Shown here: piece after piece, positions 33,190 to 45,993 of the stretch
Position numbering within the stretch: the stretch's first letter is position 1
How the letters are laid out: every line of letters begins with the position of its first letter
From: Botryllus schlosseri
Lineage: Eukaryota
Assembly (NCBI GenBank): GCA_051294905.1
Contig: CM119376.1
Location: 16,430,001-16,494,000 of the forward strand
Length of the DNA: 64,000 nucleotides
Direction: 5' to 3'
Program-made: the position numbers and the translations under genes
The notes under the pieces: model-generated
Told to the model about the DNA's origin: nothing
Databases searched by the model: none
The model's input: the letters and a program-made list of their open reading frames with translations, nothing else

Positions 33190-33895
33190 GCCCGAAGATG
33201 TTTAATTATTATTTACGGGCTCTACAGTTTCAAGAAGCCTCAATCAGCTATATCGGTAAATCTGATTACGTGAGCAGAGGACAAGAAATTGATTCAATTC
33301 CCGATCTTATTGAACGAGAATATCATGAATTATCGAAAATTTACGCGCCTGGCGCTAGCTCACTCCACGGTACGTCTATAATTTCGTGGCAAAGGCGAAC
33401 AACGTGATGGGGGTCGGTTTATCACCCAATGGAAGTCCAAGACTGAAGTTTATTTTTGGGTGGGGGTGGGGCTGACGAAGTGACGTTTCGTTCCTGCCAA
33501 CGGGTATACACCCGGAGATGTTTAATTATTATTGAGGGGTCCTACACCTTTTCAAACACACCTCACTCAGCTCTACCGGTAAATCAGATTACGTGGGCAG
33601 ACAGAGGATAAAAATTGATAGCAATGTATATGCAATTCCCTATTATATTGACCGAGGCAGCCATATAAATTAAAGAAATTTGTCACGCTTCGCGCGTTTA
33701 TGCGAAAAAAGCTGACGCACCCAACGGACACCCAATGTAGATGATAAGTAGCGGTAAACAGCATATTGCCTGTGGAAGGTCTGGGGGCTAAGCCCTCCAG
33801 ACGTTCGGTTTATCACCCTATGGGGGGCCCAAGTCCAAGGTTTTTTGGGGGGGCTGACGAAGTGCTGTTACGGCCCTGCCTATACCGCCGATATG
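33190..33895. repeat. Degenerate ~320-390-bp tandem duplication
   Basis: gatgtttaattattatt…cggtaaatc[t/a]gattacgtg at ~33195 and ~33517; ggtttatcaccc…ggggctgacgaagtg at ~33415 and ~33805; a related unit at ~40540. Confidence 0.6.
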
Positions 33896-33944
33896 GATTT
33901 TGGACATCAAGATGCATGTTGGAGCGATACAACCCCACCAAGCA

Positions 33945-34650
33945 ATCAGGTTTATTAATATTTTCATCGTTTCAAAACATCACAAGACTGCGATACAATG
34001 AAAAGATAGGGAGGTGTCGAAAGAACGTGGAGATACCTTTAAGATCAGACACCCACCTTAGCCTAGGCGAAGTAAATATGAGGCATGCACACTGAATGAA
34101 AAGTAATGCAGAGAATATAAGACGCAAGCGACAAAATGAGGTGGCATGTGGCGGAGGGCGAGGTCGATGTTAGGTCGTGGTCCGGCAATCCTGAAGACTG
34201 GCTAATATTGATTTAAAAGAAATTGCTTGTATTCCGACTTGAATGCGGACATGCTCGACGACTGTCGGATAGCCGGCGAGATGTTGTTCCACGATTGGGG
34301 TCCGGCATACTTGATAGAGCAATGCGTTTTCTTGTATTCAGTCCTGATCATATGGTAGTTGTTCTTCGTTGACGCGCGTGTGCTGTACTTGTGCGCTTTT
34401 GTCTCCGAGGTGAAGTAGCCGTTGATATTTGAGGGACATTGACCGCAATGGAACTGATACATAAACTTGGCAATTTCTAGCTTCCTCATATCTTCTAAGT
34501 TTAAAACACCAAATCTTCTGAGAAGCGATTTATCAGTTGCACATCCAGGCCCCCGTGGGACTTTGGCAATGATACGGATGACACGATGTTGAAGTTTTTG
34601 CAGTGGGTCAATTGTATTCTTGCAGGCAGCACCCCAACAAAGAATTCCGT
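33945..34650 (-). mobile_element. 5'-truncated CR1/L2-group non-LTR retrotransposon (ORF2 C-terminus plus 3'UTR)
   Basis: ORF 34202-34650 reads EYGILCWG…LQKLQHRVIRII…SIKYAGPQSWNNI…FKSEYKQFLL, typical of CR1/L2/Crack ORF2 ends. It is followed by a ~250-nt UTR ending in AATAAA. Confidence 0.88.
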
Positions 34651-35086
34651 ATTCCCACCAAACGCACAAGTAGGCTATATTCAACATTCAGTTTAATGGT
34701 TGCTGAGTTCGTTTTCCTCAGACGTCATGTTGGTCCTTTATTGGCCATTTCGACGAACATTGGTAACCCAATTACTCCTATAGTATTCAAACATTGTTTC
34801 TCCTTTGCGGAAATAAAATGTAGACGTAGAGCAGGGGTGGCCATAACCTGCGGCCATAGAGGGAAATTTGCGCGCACGTGGACACGTAATTTAATTAGTA
34901 TGTGTTAGTGGCCGTCGACATGCAGATTGAATTTACAAATTGACTCCCGAATTTTTGAGAAATTTTACGTAATCTTGAAATTTTCTTCGCGCTACGCGTG
35001 ATTCAATGCGACTTCATTTTTCGACCCTTTCCAATATGAGCCACACAATATAGATGCGAACAGCAGAGGAAAATGATTCACCCCTT

Positions 35087-35592
35087 CAGGGTTGCGGGAC
35101 CAAGTCACAAGGTTCCGAGTCACAAGTCAATCTATCTCACTTTTATCATTTTGACTCAAGTTAAGTCGAGTCATTTTCAATTCACCACCGATTCAAGTCC
35201 GAGTCCAAGTCATTGAGTAAAGGGTCGAGTCCGAGTCATAGTGCTATGATTCGAGTCGGGGTTCAAGTCATTGTGTTCACCGATCAGTTTTAAGTTAATT
35301 TCGGCTCAACCCAGTTTTTTCAACCCTGCTCGAGTAATATAGAATGGCTCGCATTCATAATATCGTAATTTTCCTCAGTCCCAACAGTTTTGGTCCTATT
35401 TTCCAAGGATCAGGACTTATAGACGAATTACCAATAATGTGGTGATTTTACTATTCTTCGAAGTTAATGAAATGTCTGTCTTGGCCGTCCTAGTTTCGAG
35501 ATATATGACTTGGTTCGGGCCATATGTACAATGACTCGAGTCGAGTCATTTTATGCATTTTACAGAATGACTCGAGTCAAGTCGAATCACCG
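35087..35592. mobile_element. Partial hAT-type element with GAGTC/CAAGT subterminal repeats
   Basis: Repeats resemble those of 52121-53069; ends not both resolved. Confidence 0.5.
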
Positions 35593-36132
35593 AAAAATCG
35601 TGGGATCGTGCGAACGTGAGGTTCACATTCGCGTTCTGTGTGTGAACCACATAAATTTAGAGGTTCACGTCGACGAACGAACCTTGGTAGCTTCTGCACT
35701 GTGAAACTTCTTCATTTGTTACTATTTTTCACGAATTTCAACTTCAGACCACTCTCTGCATGGCGCTGTTCTCATAAAATCAACACTAAACAAGCACACA
35801 CCTTGAAAATTTAAAAAAATTTATTAGGTTATATCCGTATAGCAAATAGAAACCCGTTTTACACTCAATGTCGCAATAGTCATACGCCGAATAGGTTGAC
35901 CGGTCTAGCCTAGGTCGTTAAGGCGTAAGCTTATATTCCTTTCCATTGCATGTCCTCGTCGAAATTGCCTGACAAAGCAACGGAAGATATTGATTTCCAA
36001 AAATTATTATAGCATTTGACTGTAGTAGTGATATATTTGGTGATGTTTGAAAAGTCAGCATGTACTTCAGCATTGTGGCATAATGTAGCCTGAGTTGTTG
36101 CTAGGTATCGTACTACACATTATAGCCTACTA

Positions 36133-36993
36133 CAGGGGTCACCAACCCTTTCGGCCATATAGGGCCACATGAGATTTACGAACCATTGCGTGGGTCACTT
36201 GAATGTGAATGACCTTTTTTTAGTCGTCCTATAGGAGCGAACCGAATTAGGTTATACGTTGAAAACAAGACTTATATTACTTCACTTTAAAATTGATTAC
36301 AGATATGTCATGAAAACTCTGTGTGCAACTGTGCAGTGTGCAATGTGCATTGTGCATTCATGTCCTGGTCGCACAAAGCGCGAAATTTTTTCAAAGGTAA
36401 TGAATGAATTCGATCAATAAATATGTTACTTGATTATATTGGGGGTCGCCTCTGTATACCACTGGAGTTTGGCAAGGACAGGATTATTTGGCGTTTAGAT
36501 ATAGTAATATCGAAGGTTTCGGTGAACATGCCTCTATCATTTTGTGCAAATGTTTCGTCGCCGACGATCTCGGTGCGAGCGCACAAGCGAAGTCGCATGT
36601 TGGACGACACGTTATCTCCTAATTGCGAATACAGTAGACTCAATTCGGTAAATCACGCGTAATTATAATTTTCAGGAGGGGGTTCCAATACTAAATGCAA
36701 GAAATCGAGTGACAATAAATCATGCGAAGTGCTAAGAAAAATTTCAAGTCAAATGAATCTGCTACGAAATATTCGACTTCATAGTCGTATACGAAGATCT
36801 GCGATAAATGCGGCTGGCCCCTGGTTACGCCAATGCGTCGGAGATAATGTTTTAGTCATCATCAAATTTCGCGGTAAGGCTAATCAAATTTTGGTTGGCC
36901 TTGCAATTTTACCTGATTTCGAGAATTACCTCGCGGCCCACACAAAACCTTCTCGCGGACTATGGCCCGCGGTTCATGGGTTGGTCGCCCCTG
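36133..36993. mobile_element. hAT MITE
   Basis: TIR CAGGGGTCACCAACCC ... GGGTTGGTCGCCCCTG; TSD gcctacta/gcctactg. Confidence 0.8.
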
Positions 36994-37799
36994 GCCTACT
37001 GTATAACTTTACTGAAATGTACGGTTGCTATCAGAAATATGACGACTTGTGATGTGATAGGCTCGTGTCCATGTTCACGTTCACACGAACCAGAATCTTT
37101 CAGAGGTTTGCACCATCCCTACTATAAACCAGTAGTTATTACACCTTTATAACAAATTCACGATATAGTCTCTTGACAACTTTTTAAGTGACTGGCGGTC
37201 CCTTACCAAATCAACGCAAAACGTTTGATTTTATGGTGTCAGCGTGGCCGGTGTAGCCGATATTTTGCGACCAGTTCGGCTATGTTTGGTTGCGTTTTTT
37301 AGAACGCAGCTCTAATCTCGTTGATCACATGCACCCGAATTCACATTCAGTCCCCTAAAACGGTGGTCATAGTCCTCATAGGGCGATCAACCTAATCTCT
37401 GAGGCACGAATCCTTGAGACTTCCTCTTTCTTACCTCTTCGCATAATTTCATCATTAGTACCCGGTACATCCGATTCACAAACCGTATTACGGGATTCAC
37501 GGAGGAGTCGAAATAGCTAACGGCAAACGCAAGGTTTATTATTTGTTTCTTTCAGCTTAGTAAGCTCCGGCCCGTGTTATATGATAAATGAGTGAGCACT
37601 GTGCAGGTATTTTTTTGTCGCGTGAAACGCGTTTTTTAGAGTTCAGGAATAAATTTTGTCAATAATAATAACTAGCCTACGTTGTTGAAACATGTTGGCA
37701 TGCGAGGGTAAATTTGGGCCACGGATTTATCCCTAGTGATCTTTATGGCAACGTACTTCTCGTAAAGTCGCATGTGAACCAAACTTCCCCATGTGGTGG

Positions 37800-38186
37800 T
37801 AGGGTTGCATTTAAAACAAACGGTGTTTTAAACAAAGGCCTTTAAAAAAAATAGTTTTTTTCAAGTTGTAAAATTATGCCATAATTGTGTATATACTTTT
37901 CAAAAACATGTTGTATGAGCCTACGGATAATTACCACCCGGTAATCGATATGGGATGGTTGGAGCCCTCAAAATAGTCGGTTCAACAGCAATAGTACAGA
38001 TATTTCGTCAAAGGAGCTATTTTTACCATATATTTTCAATTGTCAATGTCAATCCAATAGGATGTCACAATTGAATATTCGTGACGTCATGGCTTAAAAA
38101 AACATAAAAAACAATAAAAAACATGTTTTAAATTAGGGCCTTGTTTTAAACATGTTTGTTTTAAATTGATTTTTGATGCAACCCTA
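37800..38186. mobile_element. hAT MITE, family E (TAGGGTTGCAT termini)
   Basis: TIR TAGGGTTGCAT ... ATGCAACCCTA; highly similar to 50192-50563, 63234-63651 and 63662-64000. Confidence 0.85.
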
Positions 38187-38809
38187 TGTATTGGTGTGTC
38201 ATGGCACAGAAATGATCAGCGCCGATATGGTGATGAATGATGATGCACCTGCAGGTTGCGCATAGGCGCACCCCAAGACTAACGTATTTCAACATCCTCA
38301 AGAGGATCTCATAATTTCGAATACAGATAGACTTATTTGTGTAAAATTATGCGTATTTTGTTCGGGAGTGGGTAGGGTATACGCATAATAAAATGCATAG
38401 TCACATTATAGCGCGAGAAGCTCGACTCAAATTCAAAATTGAATAATTCTACGCCAAAATATACTATGCTTTATGTTGATTAAAGATATAATGTCGGGCC
38501 ACCATCGAGTCTGGTTTAAGGGTTTTAAGGAAGTTGCGGAACATGCTTCGCGGTCCCAAAAATCGTCCCCAAAAGGACAATGGACCCTATGAGTTTGAGA
38601 ACGACGGCTATTGACAGATTTGGGCAAATGTACGTATGTTTATGGGGGCGCTTTTTCGATGTCTTACTGGCTCAGTCGCTCTAACACCCATTCAATTACC
38701 TAAATGAGCTGCCTATTGGCTATTGAGCATACTCATAAACGCCTCATGTAGACAAACAAAACCAATACAACTACAAGTTGCAAGTCTTGAAAGTCACTGA
38801 GCCTTGACA

Positions 38810-39775
38810 TAGGGGAGATGTGGTACCGATGGATCAAAAATTGGAAAATGATCGCTGGCCCCAAAATGTTCAGCCGAAAACAGCAGGTCTTTTGCTTGCT
38901 CAGCACTTTGATACAAGCTCTACCTATCGCGCACATATACATCAATATCCGTCTTTTCAAAAAATATTTATGGACGTTCAAAATTTGTTGCTCGAACGTG
39001 TCATCGGTCCCCACCCGGTGGGTCCAATGGCACACGACCCGGGGACCTATGACACATATACCCTAAATGCCTCAGATGTGACAACTGTTCTTGCTCAGTA
39101 TTATAATCTAAGCTACAGTAAGCGAAAGAAGAATGTTTGATCGCAACCGTCAAGAAATAGAATAAATATTAACTCAAATGTTGTCATAAAATCAAGTTTC
39201 GATTTAGGCTCGGACTTATAAATTTGAGGGTACATACATATTGCCCGAAAATCGACAGTGTGACTTCCAAACACCTCGTTATAGTGATAAAACATCATAT
39301 GCAATTATTACATAAAGATTTTCTGTACGTAGGCATGTTTCATTTGTTTTATGATTAGTATGCTTGATTATTTTGCTTGATTTGGCTATGGTATCATCGG
39401 TCCTCACCCCTAGAATTTTATACATGAATCGAAAAAAATTCCACTCAAGGAAAGTACTGAAAAAAATAATAGCTGCCATTATATAGCCTGATACAAGCCC
39501 TGCACTTCACAATAAAAATGATTGCTGGTTTGTTCGTGTTGAAGGTTACAAAGAAAAATGTATATGTCGATATAAATTTACTTTACACCCCCCAAAACAA
39601 AAAACATCTGTGAGAGACCCCATAGCTCGCGCACGTCGAAGTTTTTTGTATGTGAGGAAAGATTTTGCCAGCAAGCAATTGTGGACAAGTTCACGGAGTG
39701 TAATCATGGAATTATCATAGAGAATTTTCAAAGTATTTTCGGTCCCAGTGATCCATCGGTACCACATCTCCCCTA
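38810..39775. mobile_element. Non-autonomous DNA transposon with TA-flanked GGGGAGATGTGG termini (Tc1/mariner-pogo-like)
   Basis: 27-bp TIR TAGGGGAGATGTGGTACCGATGGATCA ... TGATCCATCGGTACCACATCTCCCCTA. Confidence 0.7.
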
Positions 39776-39896
39776 CTATAGGCCTACTGCTAAGTTAGTA
39801 ATCATTTAAAATTTATTATGTTCACCGAACAAACTGTCATGTTGATATCCACATTGTTTTGATCAGTGCCCACTGCCACACATATATAGGCTATAG

Positions 39897-41121
39897 CAGT
39901 GGTTCTCAACCACCAGTCCGCGGACCGGTGCCGGTCCGCCAGGTATATTACAATTTTATACCTTAATTTCAAGATGCAATGTTGAAGGCGACAAGTACAT
40001 AATAGATACGAGCAGACTCATCGCTAAACAGCGCAATTTGCGCGATTATTCGTTTTCGATTCATCCATTTTGTGCAGGACCGTAATTGGGGCACCCCGAA
40101 CCGCCCAATTGTAAAAGGGCCGAGGTTGAAAAGGGCCCGAAATTATGTTGCAAATGAACTTAATTCAAAGCGTAATTTTTTGAAACTTTTTCCAACATTT
40201 TTCAATTTCTTTGCTTTGCTTTGCGCGATTTGGTGTCACTAAATGCCTTGCTTATAGGTGCCTTTCTCCGAGAAATGAGCATGATTTATAGAAATATACA
40301 TTTCAGCGTCAGCCATTACCGCGCCACGACGTACCAACACATAATGAAGTTTAGGCTAACATGGGACTACGAAAGTTGTGCAGCGAGAAAACTGATTCAG
40401 TCATGAATGATCGAATATTTTCGCTATTGGCGCAATTAAGCTACATAAACTCTCTGCTTACACTGAGTAGGATGAATGTGCTCACAAGTACAGGTGAAAT
40501 CATCCCCAGCTGTAGGGTCTGTCGGCGAAGCCCCCGGAAGTTTGGCTTATCGCCCTGTGGGGCCTCAAGACCAACGTTTTTGGGAATGGGCTGACGAAGT
40601 AATTATTCGGCCCGTATTTGCGTATATGGCCGGTATAGCTGCTGTAGGGTGTTTTCTTGCGGCACGCATTGTAAACGTAGTTGTCAGAGTAGCCTGCACC
40701 TGTAGGAAGTGGGCAATGAGCAAGGTAGCACGACAAGGTGCTTGGTTCTATACTAAGAAACGCTTCTTCTCTCGATATTGTCAAAGACATGAATATTATT
40801 CGTGTTGGCGTGGTCGGTTAAACCCACGGCCTTCGGCGCGAAAAACTGCCAATGACTCTCGGCTGTAGCACGTTTATCTGGACAAGGCAATTTTACCTCG
40901 ACTCAGCAGACTCACTACCATAAAATCACATTTCTGCCATCATGAAGATACTTAATTACGATCAAAACCCTCGAAATGTCACTCTCTAGCATCATTTAGT
41001 TGCAAAAAACGATTGCATACTTTACATTTTGGCTTCATTTCAATTTTGAAAGTTCACCGGTCCGCCAGACATTTTTTGAAATTTTACTGGTCCGCGAGGT
41101 GAAAAAGGTTGAGAACCACTG
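39897..41121. mobile_element. hAT Charlie-like element
   Basis: TIR CAGTGGTTCTCAACC ... GGTTGAGAACCACTG; TSD ggctatag/ggctatac. Confidence 0.8.
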
Positions 41122-44100
41122 GGCTATACCACGTCCGACTTCGTCAGTCCTCTCAATAGTAACTCTCTTGTGGCAATGGTTATACCCTCATTTTAGGGCA
41201 GACATCGCTCAACTGTTTCGCAGCCCCGTGAACCTAGAGCCAATATTGATTGGAAAATTATTATCGACCTACAATGGCTAGCAGAAATGACTTTTAAATG
41301 GATAATTTGAAGGAACATTCATGCCAAGACTTCTCTATCTTCCTTTTCCCTGGGGTAAGACTGGACTACGGCGATACCTGATGGCTTTCGCAATTAGAAG
41401 AAAAATAAGAAGCAAAATTATTCAGAGTATGAAGACGGAGCAGGGTGATTACATTTTTATTTGAAGAAAGCAATGACGAAACGTGTATGATGTTACAAAT
41501 GAATGAAATAATTTACAAATGATCAGCTCCGACGGTAGATATAACACCAACAGAAATACGATGCCATGCACAGTACTCCAATAAAGAGAGAGGTGTGATG
41601 AACAAAATGGCATGATTCGATCAAAGAAACGAAGGGTTGGAATTCACAAACCCAATGACTGCTCGCATTAACACACTGATGGTTTGTACATCACGCTATT
41701 ACGGTCATAATTAAGTCAGAATAATTTTTGTATGCTACAGACGAAATCTAGAAAACAATTTATGTCAGATGAAAGCGAACACTGTAGTGGACACGATTTG
41801 CTGACGTCTAAAACAAATAAGTGATGATGATATGTTCCGACGGGCCCGCAGGTACCCATCTGGTATTAAAATGTGAAAGAGATCGCAGTGATAACTATGG
41901 AAGAGATAATTAAGAGTGTAAAAACCCGGAATTTCACACATGAATAATTGTAAGACAACGATAATGAACCATGACATAATCAATAGATGTACATGGAAAT
42001 GGGGTGACAATTCCTTATTTACTATTCTTGGTAATTAAAGGATGCTCTGTTCGTACGGGACTGATTTCAGTTGAAATTTAAATCCTCAAATTGACCGATA
42101 TTTTTACTGTCGGGATGGTGACTTTCAATGAATCTAACACCGCCATGTTCTAGATTACAACACTAAATTTGACCGTGGGCCATCAGCATGTTCTTGTCTC
42201 GTTGGAAAATGCAAGTGGCGAATTCATCATTTTCGAGAAGTCACCATGATCGTATATGCATGGACTTTGGATATCAATGAGCTAGTGTAGTTTTAACTGT
42301 TTTTGCATACCGCGAAAAGAAAGTCAGGTATAGTATATGTGTTAAATTAAAAGTCTAGGTGAAAAAAGATGCATGGAATGTACATATATGTATTTTCAAC
42401 TTCAACCATCCTAAACGCAGAGTAAAAGTCGCATCACAACGTCGCCTTCATCATGCTGTTTTCGGATTTATTTGCAATATTGAGACCATTACGAATATTA
42501 CATATATAAAAATAGACGAACATTAAAAAGAACGTTGCACTCGTCTTTCACTCCGTGGCGTTGCTACTGGAAGCACAACCCGGCGACTCACACGAGTATC
42601 TGTCGAAACACGTGTCTCGCAGCGTCAAGAAAATCGGAACAAACATGCACAGTTAAAAATCGACGAAGTTCTGTTGAAAATACAGAGTTAGTCTCACACC
42701 ATAACGCTTCGCTTTATATTGATACAGCTATAAGTTAGAAAAAACTTTTGTAATACGCCCCCCAACTCACCGTTTAGAAGTTGGTGCCCTGGTCATTCAG
42801 AAGTGCTCTCGGTCTTTGTACGCGTCAGTTCCATTCGGGAAGTTATGCATGGTGGTGCGATGTAGGATTATTTCATGTGAGGTGATTTGTATATTATGCC
42901 ATACCGAGTATGAATCACCGATTCATGACGACAATAGATAGTCAATGAATGATTGTGACACCGACAGGGTTGCAGTTTGTATCAAAGGAGCAACTATGGA
43001 ATGGATATATTAAAATTTCAGAGGTAGATATTACTAGTTTCAATTTCAAACTATAGGGGCGATAAAGAATATTTCCCCACATTCACCCATAGGTCCTTAT
43101 TGATGTATGGCCCAGGCCAGTATTGTCTGGCAAAATCATTTGGAAGATATGTTTCCTTGTCAATACAGGACCGCGAAACTGTATGTTTACTTTGAGTAGT
43201 GTGGGCCACGTTCGGGCCATTTACAAATTTTCGAATTAGCGATACGTAGTCGCAGGGGTGTCCACATGTTCACAAACTCGCAGCATATACACGGCGTGCA
43301 AACATAATGTAATAGCGATGGACAGGTCAGCGTCAATACGACCGATGTCACGATTACGAGAGACTTGTGAATGACCATGACACCAAACCATTGATGCAAT
43401 ATGGGACAGGTATACAGGTGCTGCAGAATAAAAGAAGTAAATGGTATGAAACCTAGTCCGGTCAATTGCAATATGCCGTGCGGTGAAGGCGGGCGACTAA
43501 TGAAGATCTTCTCGTGTTGGTTGGGCATAAATCAAAGCCTGACAAATGACTCCGTTTTAATGATGATTCGATTCCCGAATGCTTGATTCTTACTATTATT
43601 TTACGACATATCTAGCAAGCAAGCATGTTTTGCAGAGATGATGAACAAATGAATAATCAGGACATTTGGAAGATCCATCGATAGTATAAACCTTTCGCAT
43701 TAGAACATAAAACGAAATCGTTTGGCGACGGTTAGAATCCCGCTATACGCTTTCAAATTATGTGACCAAGCACCGCTTTCAGTTAAATGCCGCGCCACGG
43801 ACCTGATTACTCATTTGCGGAGCGAACAATCGAACAAATGGATGATACAATTGCGATTTTATGTAATATAGTTGGAAGGCGCGAGGGAGCATTTGTATCA
43901 TTCTTAGCATTCTGAAAGACAAAACACAACGTTTTATAAATATATCGACTTGTATAATGAAAGTAGTAACCAATCTAACCATAAAAGAATATTCCGGTGA
44001 AATTTTAAGTGCGCAATCTAGGAGCAAGCACACCGTGCCATTTCAAATCCTAATGGCCTGGCCGTTAGCAGATTCTTTTCAACTGAGGAAATCAAGGCTG

Positions 44101-44853
44101 CATCATTTGCTACTGTGTTAATCCCGCACCAGTAAAAGTTGTGTAAGGGCAATAAAACGATACAGAGCGGTCTCCATCAGAATTCAGTTGATGAGCAAAC
44201 ATATCCCAGGGCCTAGAGACGGAGGCGGCTTCGAAGACGGGTATTTGATCGATCGATCAAACTGAAGGCAGCACACGCACTGTAGTGCATTTTAACATTA
44301 CGCAAAGAGTGGAGCATAAAACAGCCAATAAAGTCGGACTGGCATAAAGCAAAGAGCTGCGCCAGCTCTCGCTTAACATTTTATGGGACGAACAACAAGT
44401 GGAGCAGAAACGCAAATAGGCGAACGCAGAAGTCGTACGGATATAAACTATAAAATCACATCCATTTCATAGATATCACCTGTGATATAAGACTTTTGAA
44501 ACTTGGAAGTGTATAATCGCATCTTGTGGATAATAAATAACGTGAAGATCTAATAGTGTAGTGTAGAGGAGAGTAAAATTGGCGTCTCTAAGAGTACGTG
44601 TGGGTATCCGTTCTTTATATATGACAGCGCCTCACGCTTAAAGAACGTAGAAGTATAGGAGCATTCGTGTCATGGAGAAACAGAACAAAAGGTACGGGAA
44701 CACTGACCTTGAAACGTAAAAAAAAAGACTGAAGACAGATTTGGTTTGGCATCTGGGTGTTTCATCGCGCACCAGATATAAGGAAGACGTTGATCTCGTT
44801 GCTGTGTTCTTCAGTATTTCGTTGCACTGATACGTGCATTCGTTAGTTCAAGG

Positions 44854-45993
44854 TTAGATAACTTGAGCTTGCTGCGCTCTAGCTGTTTGAACCGTCACCA
44901 GCCGTTGGGTAATGAGGTACTGCGCCGTTTGTGGCCCCGGAGGCTTACCGGATATCGAAACTCTACGGTTTCTGGTACCCGGCACGTACTCGCCTTTCTT
45001 TGATATCTGTATTCGGGTACCTGAGATCTCCTGGTATTCGACCAGGGTTTTTCCGCCTTTGCCTAGAATTGCGCCGATCAAAGATTCGGGCACCGCCAAG
45101 TCAATCGTTTCCTTCAGGCCGTCTGTGGACTTTTCGATGCTTAGGACACTTGCGGCTTGACTTCCTACTGTTGAGATCTGTACTGGCGATGTCGGTATAG
45201 GTGAAGAAGACACGCTCAGAGACGAAGTAGCTCCTGCTGTACTCTGCGGGGATGTTACGTTTGATGACAGAATTTGATGGCCTGTCAGGTACCCGGCAGA
45301 AGCCATATTGGCTAGATAGTTGTTTGAAAAGACATACGAAGCTCCGGCAGTAGCCGGATACCCGGTGGTTTCGTTGACTCCCGGCATACCCGTAGTCAAT
45401 ATCTGTGTGGTAGCCGGGCTCAACGCCGAACCGGATATAACGCCCGGCGTGAGTCCTAAATGGTGGGCGTACGGGCTGCTGTAACCGTACGCAGCTAAGC
45501 TATTCACAGTTGCGTTCAAGGCGGCGAGTTCGCCGGGATTTGAAGCCACTGGTTGATGAATCGCGTGTCCGTGAATTAGATGGGAAGGGGAAGCGGCCAG
45601 CGAGAATGCCTGTAAGCCGGGAACCATTGGCTGTCCGATCATGGCTGTTAGCTGCGGCGAGGCAAGAGCTTGGACATCTGCAAAGCCCGCTGCCGCGTAA
45701 GGTGATCCTGTGGGGTTCGCGTTGGCGACTGGACCGGAAATACCGGAGTAGCTAATATTGGGGCAGCTGGAGCTCTGCGGGTCGTCTTTGATTTTGCTAG
45801 TGATCAGATTGGAGGCTGTCATCAATTGCATTTTGTCGCCTTTCAGGGTGATGACGCGTTCCTGCAAGTTCAGTCCGTCCGGCTTTTGAGAGAGTTGCAC
45901 TTTCGCCCCGGTCTCTTCCATAATCGCCTTTATTGTGGCGCCGCCCTTACCGATCACCAGCCCGGCCGTCGTGTTCGGTACTATGATCTTGAC
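44854..45993 (-). CDS. NOVA: Nova last exon (KH2, linker, KH3)
   Basis: Acceptor taaacag|GTCAAG; 380 codons to TAA. Confidence 0.97.
   Translation of the reverse strand, partial: VKIIVPNTTAGLVIGKGGATIKAIMEETGAKVQLSQKPDGLNLQERVITLKGDKMQLMTASNLITSKIKDDPQSSSCPNISYSGISGPVANANPTGSPYAAAGFADVQALASPQLTAMIGQPMVPGLQAFSLAASPSHLIHGHAIHQPVASNPGELAALNATVNSLAAYGYSSPYAHHLGLTPGVISGSALSPATTQILTTGMPGVNETTGYPATAGASYVFSNNYLANMASAGYLTGHQILSSNVTSPQSTAGATSSLSVSSSPIPTSPVQISTVGSQAASVLSIEKSTDGLKETIDLAVPESLIGAILGKGGKTLVEYQEISGTRIQISKKGEYVPGTRNRRVSISGKPPGPQTAQYLITQRLVTVQTARAQQAQVI

Noticed and set aside
37170-37520. Minus-strand donor/acceptor pairs (GAG|GTAAGA, TTTTAG|, TTG|GTAAGG)
   Set aside because: All three frames of the downstream segment contain stops; at best a non-coding transcript.
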